Shown piece after piece: positions 62,790 through 64,000 of a DNA stretch of 64,000 nucleotides. The stretch comes from Octopus sinensis (lineage: Eukaryota), in assembly GCF_006345805.1 (NCBI RefSeq), contig NC_042999.1:9424001-9488000 (forward strand). Direction: 5' to 3'. The position numbers and the translations under genes are program-made. Positions within the stretch are counted from its first letter, which is position 1. The number at the start of each line of letters is the position of its first letter. The notes beneath the pieces are model-generated. The model was not told the origin of the DNA. It did no database searches and saw only the letters and a list, made by a program, of their open reading frames with translations.

Positions 62790-63800
62790 AATGAACGACG
62801 TCATTTTTAACAAGAGTAAAAAAACGCCCAACTGCTCTCATACTGGAGTCATTGATGATGTTGTGGAAGAGCACACGAATTGATGCTATGTGAATTACTG
62901 GAATGTTAATACCTTCAGACAAGCAGCTGCTTTCACTCTTAAAGTACATCGAAGAGAAATCTAAAGTATTGGTAACGAAATTACTATACGGAAGTAACAA
63001 GGAAGGAAAATAAAACTTGAAGAAACCATCAACATGCTGCACCGCCATATTGGATGATTCACTGACGAAATAAAATGTAAGGAGAATAATGACGTCACAC
63101 GTCCCCAGTTACATCTTAAGCAAAAAAATATAACACTCTACGGCGAACCTTCACTCCAGGTTGTTAGTTTAATGCACAAACATAGGACGTTGAGAGAAAA
63201 ACATTTTCACGGTCGAAAGTTTCTGACCAGTATAAAGTATAAGTTTGCTTCCAGTCGACAGGAATTATAACGGGAGAAAGGAAATATTGCCGTTAAGAAG
63301 GGACATTCTCAAGAGCAATCATTTGGGTTTAAGATCTGGAATACACTGTGGCTAAATTCAATTACGAAAGAATAGTGAACCAGCATCGACAGTAAAAAGT
63401 ATACAATCGACCCTGAAAATTTCATCATAGCTGTAGGCAAACTGGATAATGAGAAGGCACCCAGAAGGGACCTAATAGTTGGATATTGATAAAAGGCAAA
63501 CTTTTAACAGAATGCCTCTAATAAGTGTATTTGAAGCACTGTGGAAGCCCAGACTGACATATCAGATTGTTTGCTGTAACACGGACGAGTCTTGTAGCAA
63601 AGAATGAATATGTCACCTTCGTAGAAAATCATTGCATGCCTAAGTATTGTATACAAATTGTGCACAAACTGCAAAAACTATTTCTCCGGGATAATTGCGA
63701 GTCCAACAACATAGCGACTGATAAGCAGGAAGATTGAAAGAAGAGAGTGTGGAGATGTACTGAACAACGTTTTGATAACTAAAGCTGTGATGTCCGAACT
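62790..63800 (+). mobile_element. Heavily decayed Dong/R4-type LINE (pre-RT region and RT domains 0-2)
   Basis: Frameshifted motifs INMLHRHIG, KLDNEKAPRRDLIVGY, AKNE, IIACLSIVYKLCT and LITKAVM. Confidence 0.65.
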
Positions 63801-64000
63801 AATAAAACGCCTCAGAATCCTTATAACAATTTGTGTGATGAAGACAAACAAACCGAAACGTCAAAGTCAATGTCAAGCTTTTCTTTGTAAAAGTTAACAT
63901 TATATATATATTTATTATTCGTATAACTAGCTTAATTATTTATTCATCTCTATGCACACACGCACACACATAGCGTAGGTGTGCATGTGAAGGAAGGGTG

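Noticed and set aside
63830-63866. Further degenerate hammerhead-like strings (also near 10495-10545, 40297-40350, 50955-50985 and 51845-51885)
   Set aside because: Two or more core or stem I defects each. They are plausible PLE relics but cannot be supported individually.

Overview
AT-rich, microsatellite-dense eukaryotic DNA. The SINE families look like the octopus OK/OR1/OR2-type tRNA-derived SINEs, so the source is very likely an Octopus genome (inferred from memory of those families, not from a search). No host protein-coding gene can be called with confidence, and most ORFs in the supplied track are microsatellite or repeat artefacts. Recognisable content: four tRNA-derived SINE families; decayed LINEs (Tx1/L1, two Dong/R4, CR1, two RTE); five Tc1/mariner elements, four of them packed into 25.9-30.5 kb; Helitron-like and Kolobok-like non-autonomous elements; a 5'-truncated 5S rRNA copy; and many Penelope-like element (PLE) relics with minimal hammerhead ribozyme motifs and fold-back structures. 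Best candidate for an undescribed system: a PLE family whose pseudo-LTR starts with a tRNA-derived Pol III promoter and carries a hammerhead. It occurs as an internally deleted element with a PLE ORF N-terminus (8411-9421) and as a pLTR-only fold-back with a target-site duplication (56435-56923). A second notable link is that the 3' tail of the commonest SINE matches the 3' end of a Tx1/L1 LINE in the same window (35/43 nt, ungapped). That SINE also forms homo- and hetero-tandems at one fixed junction.
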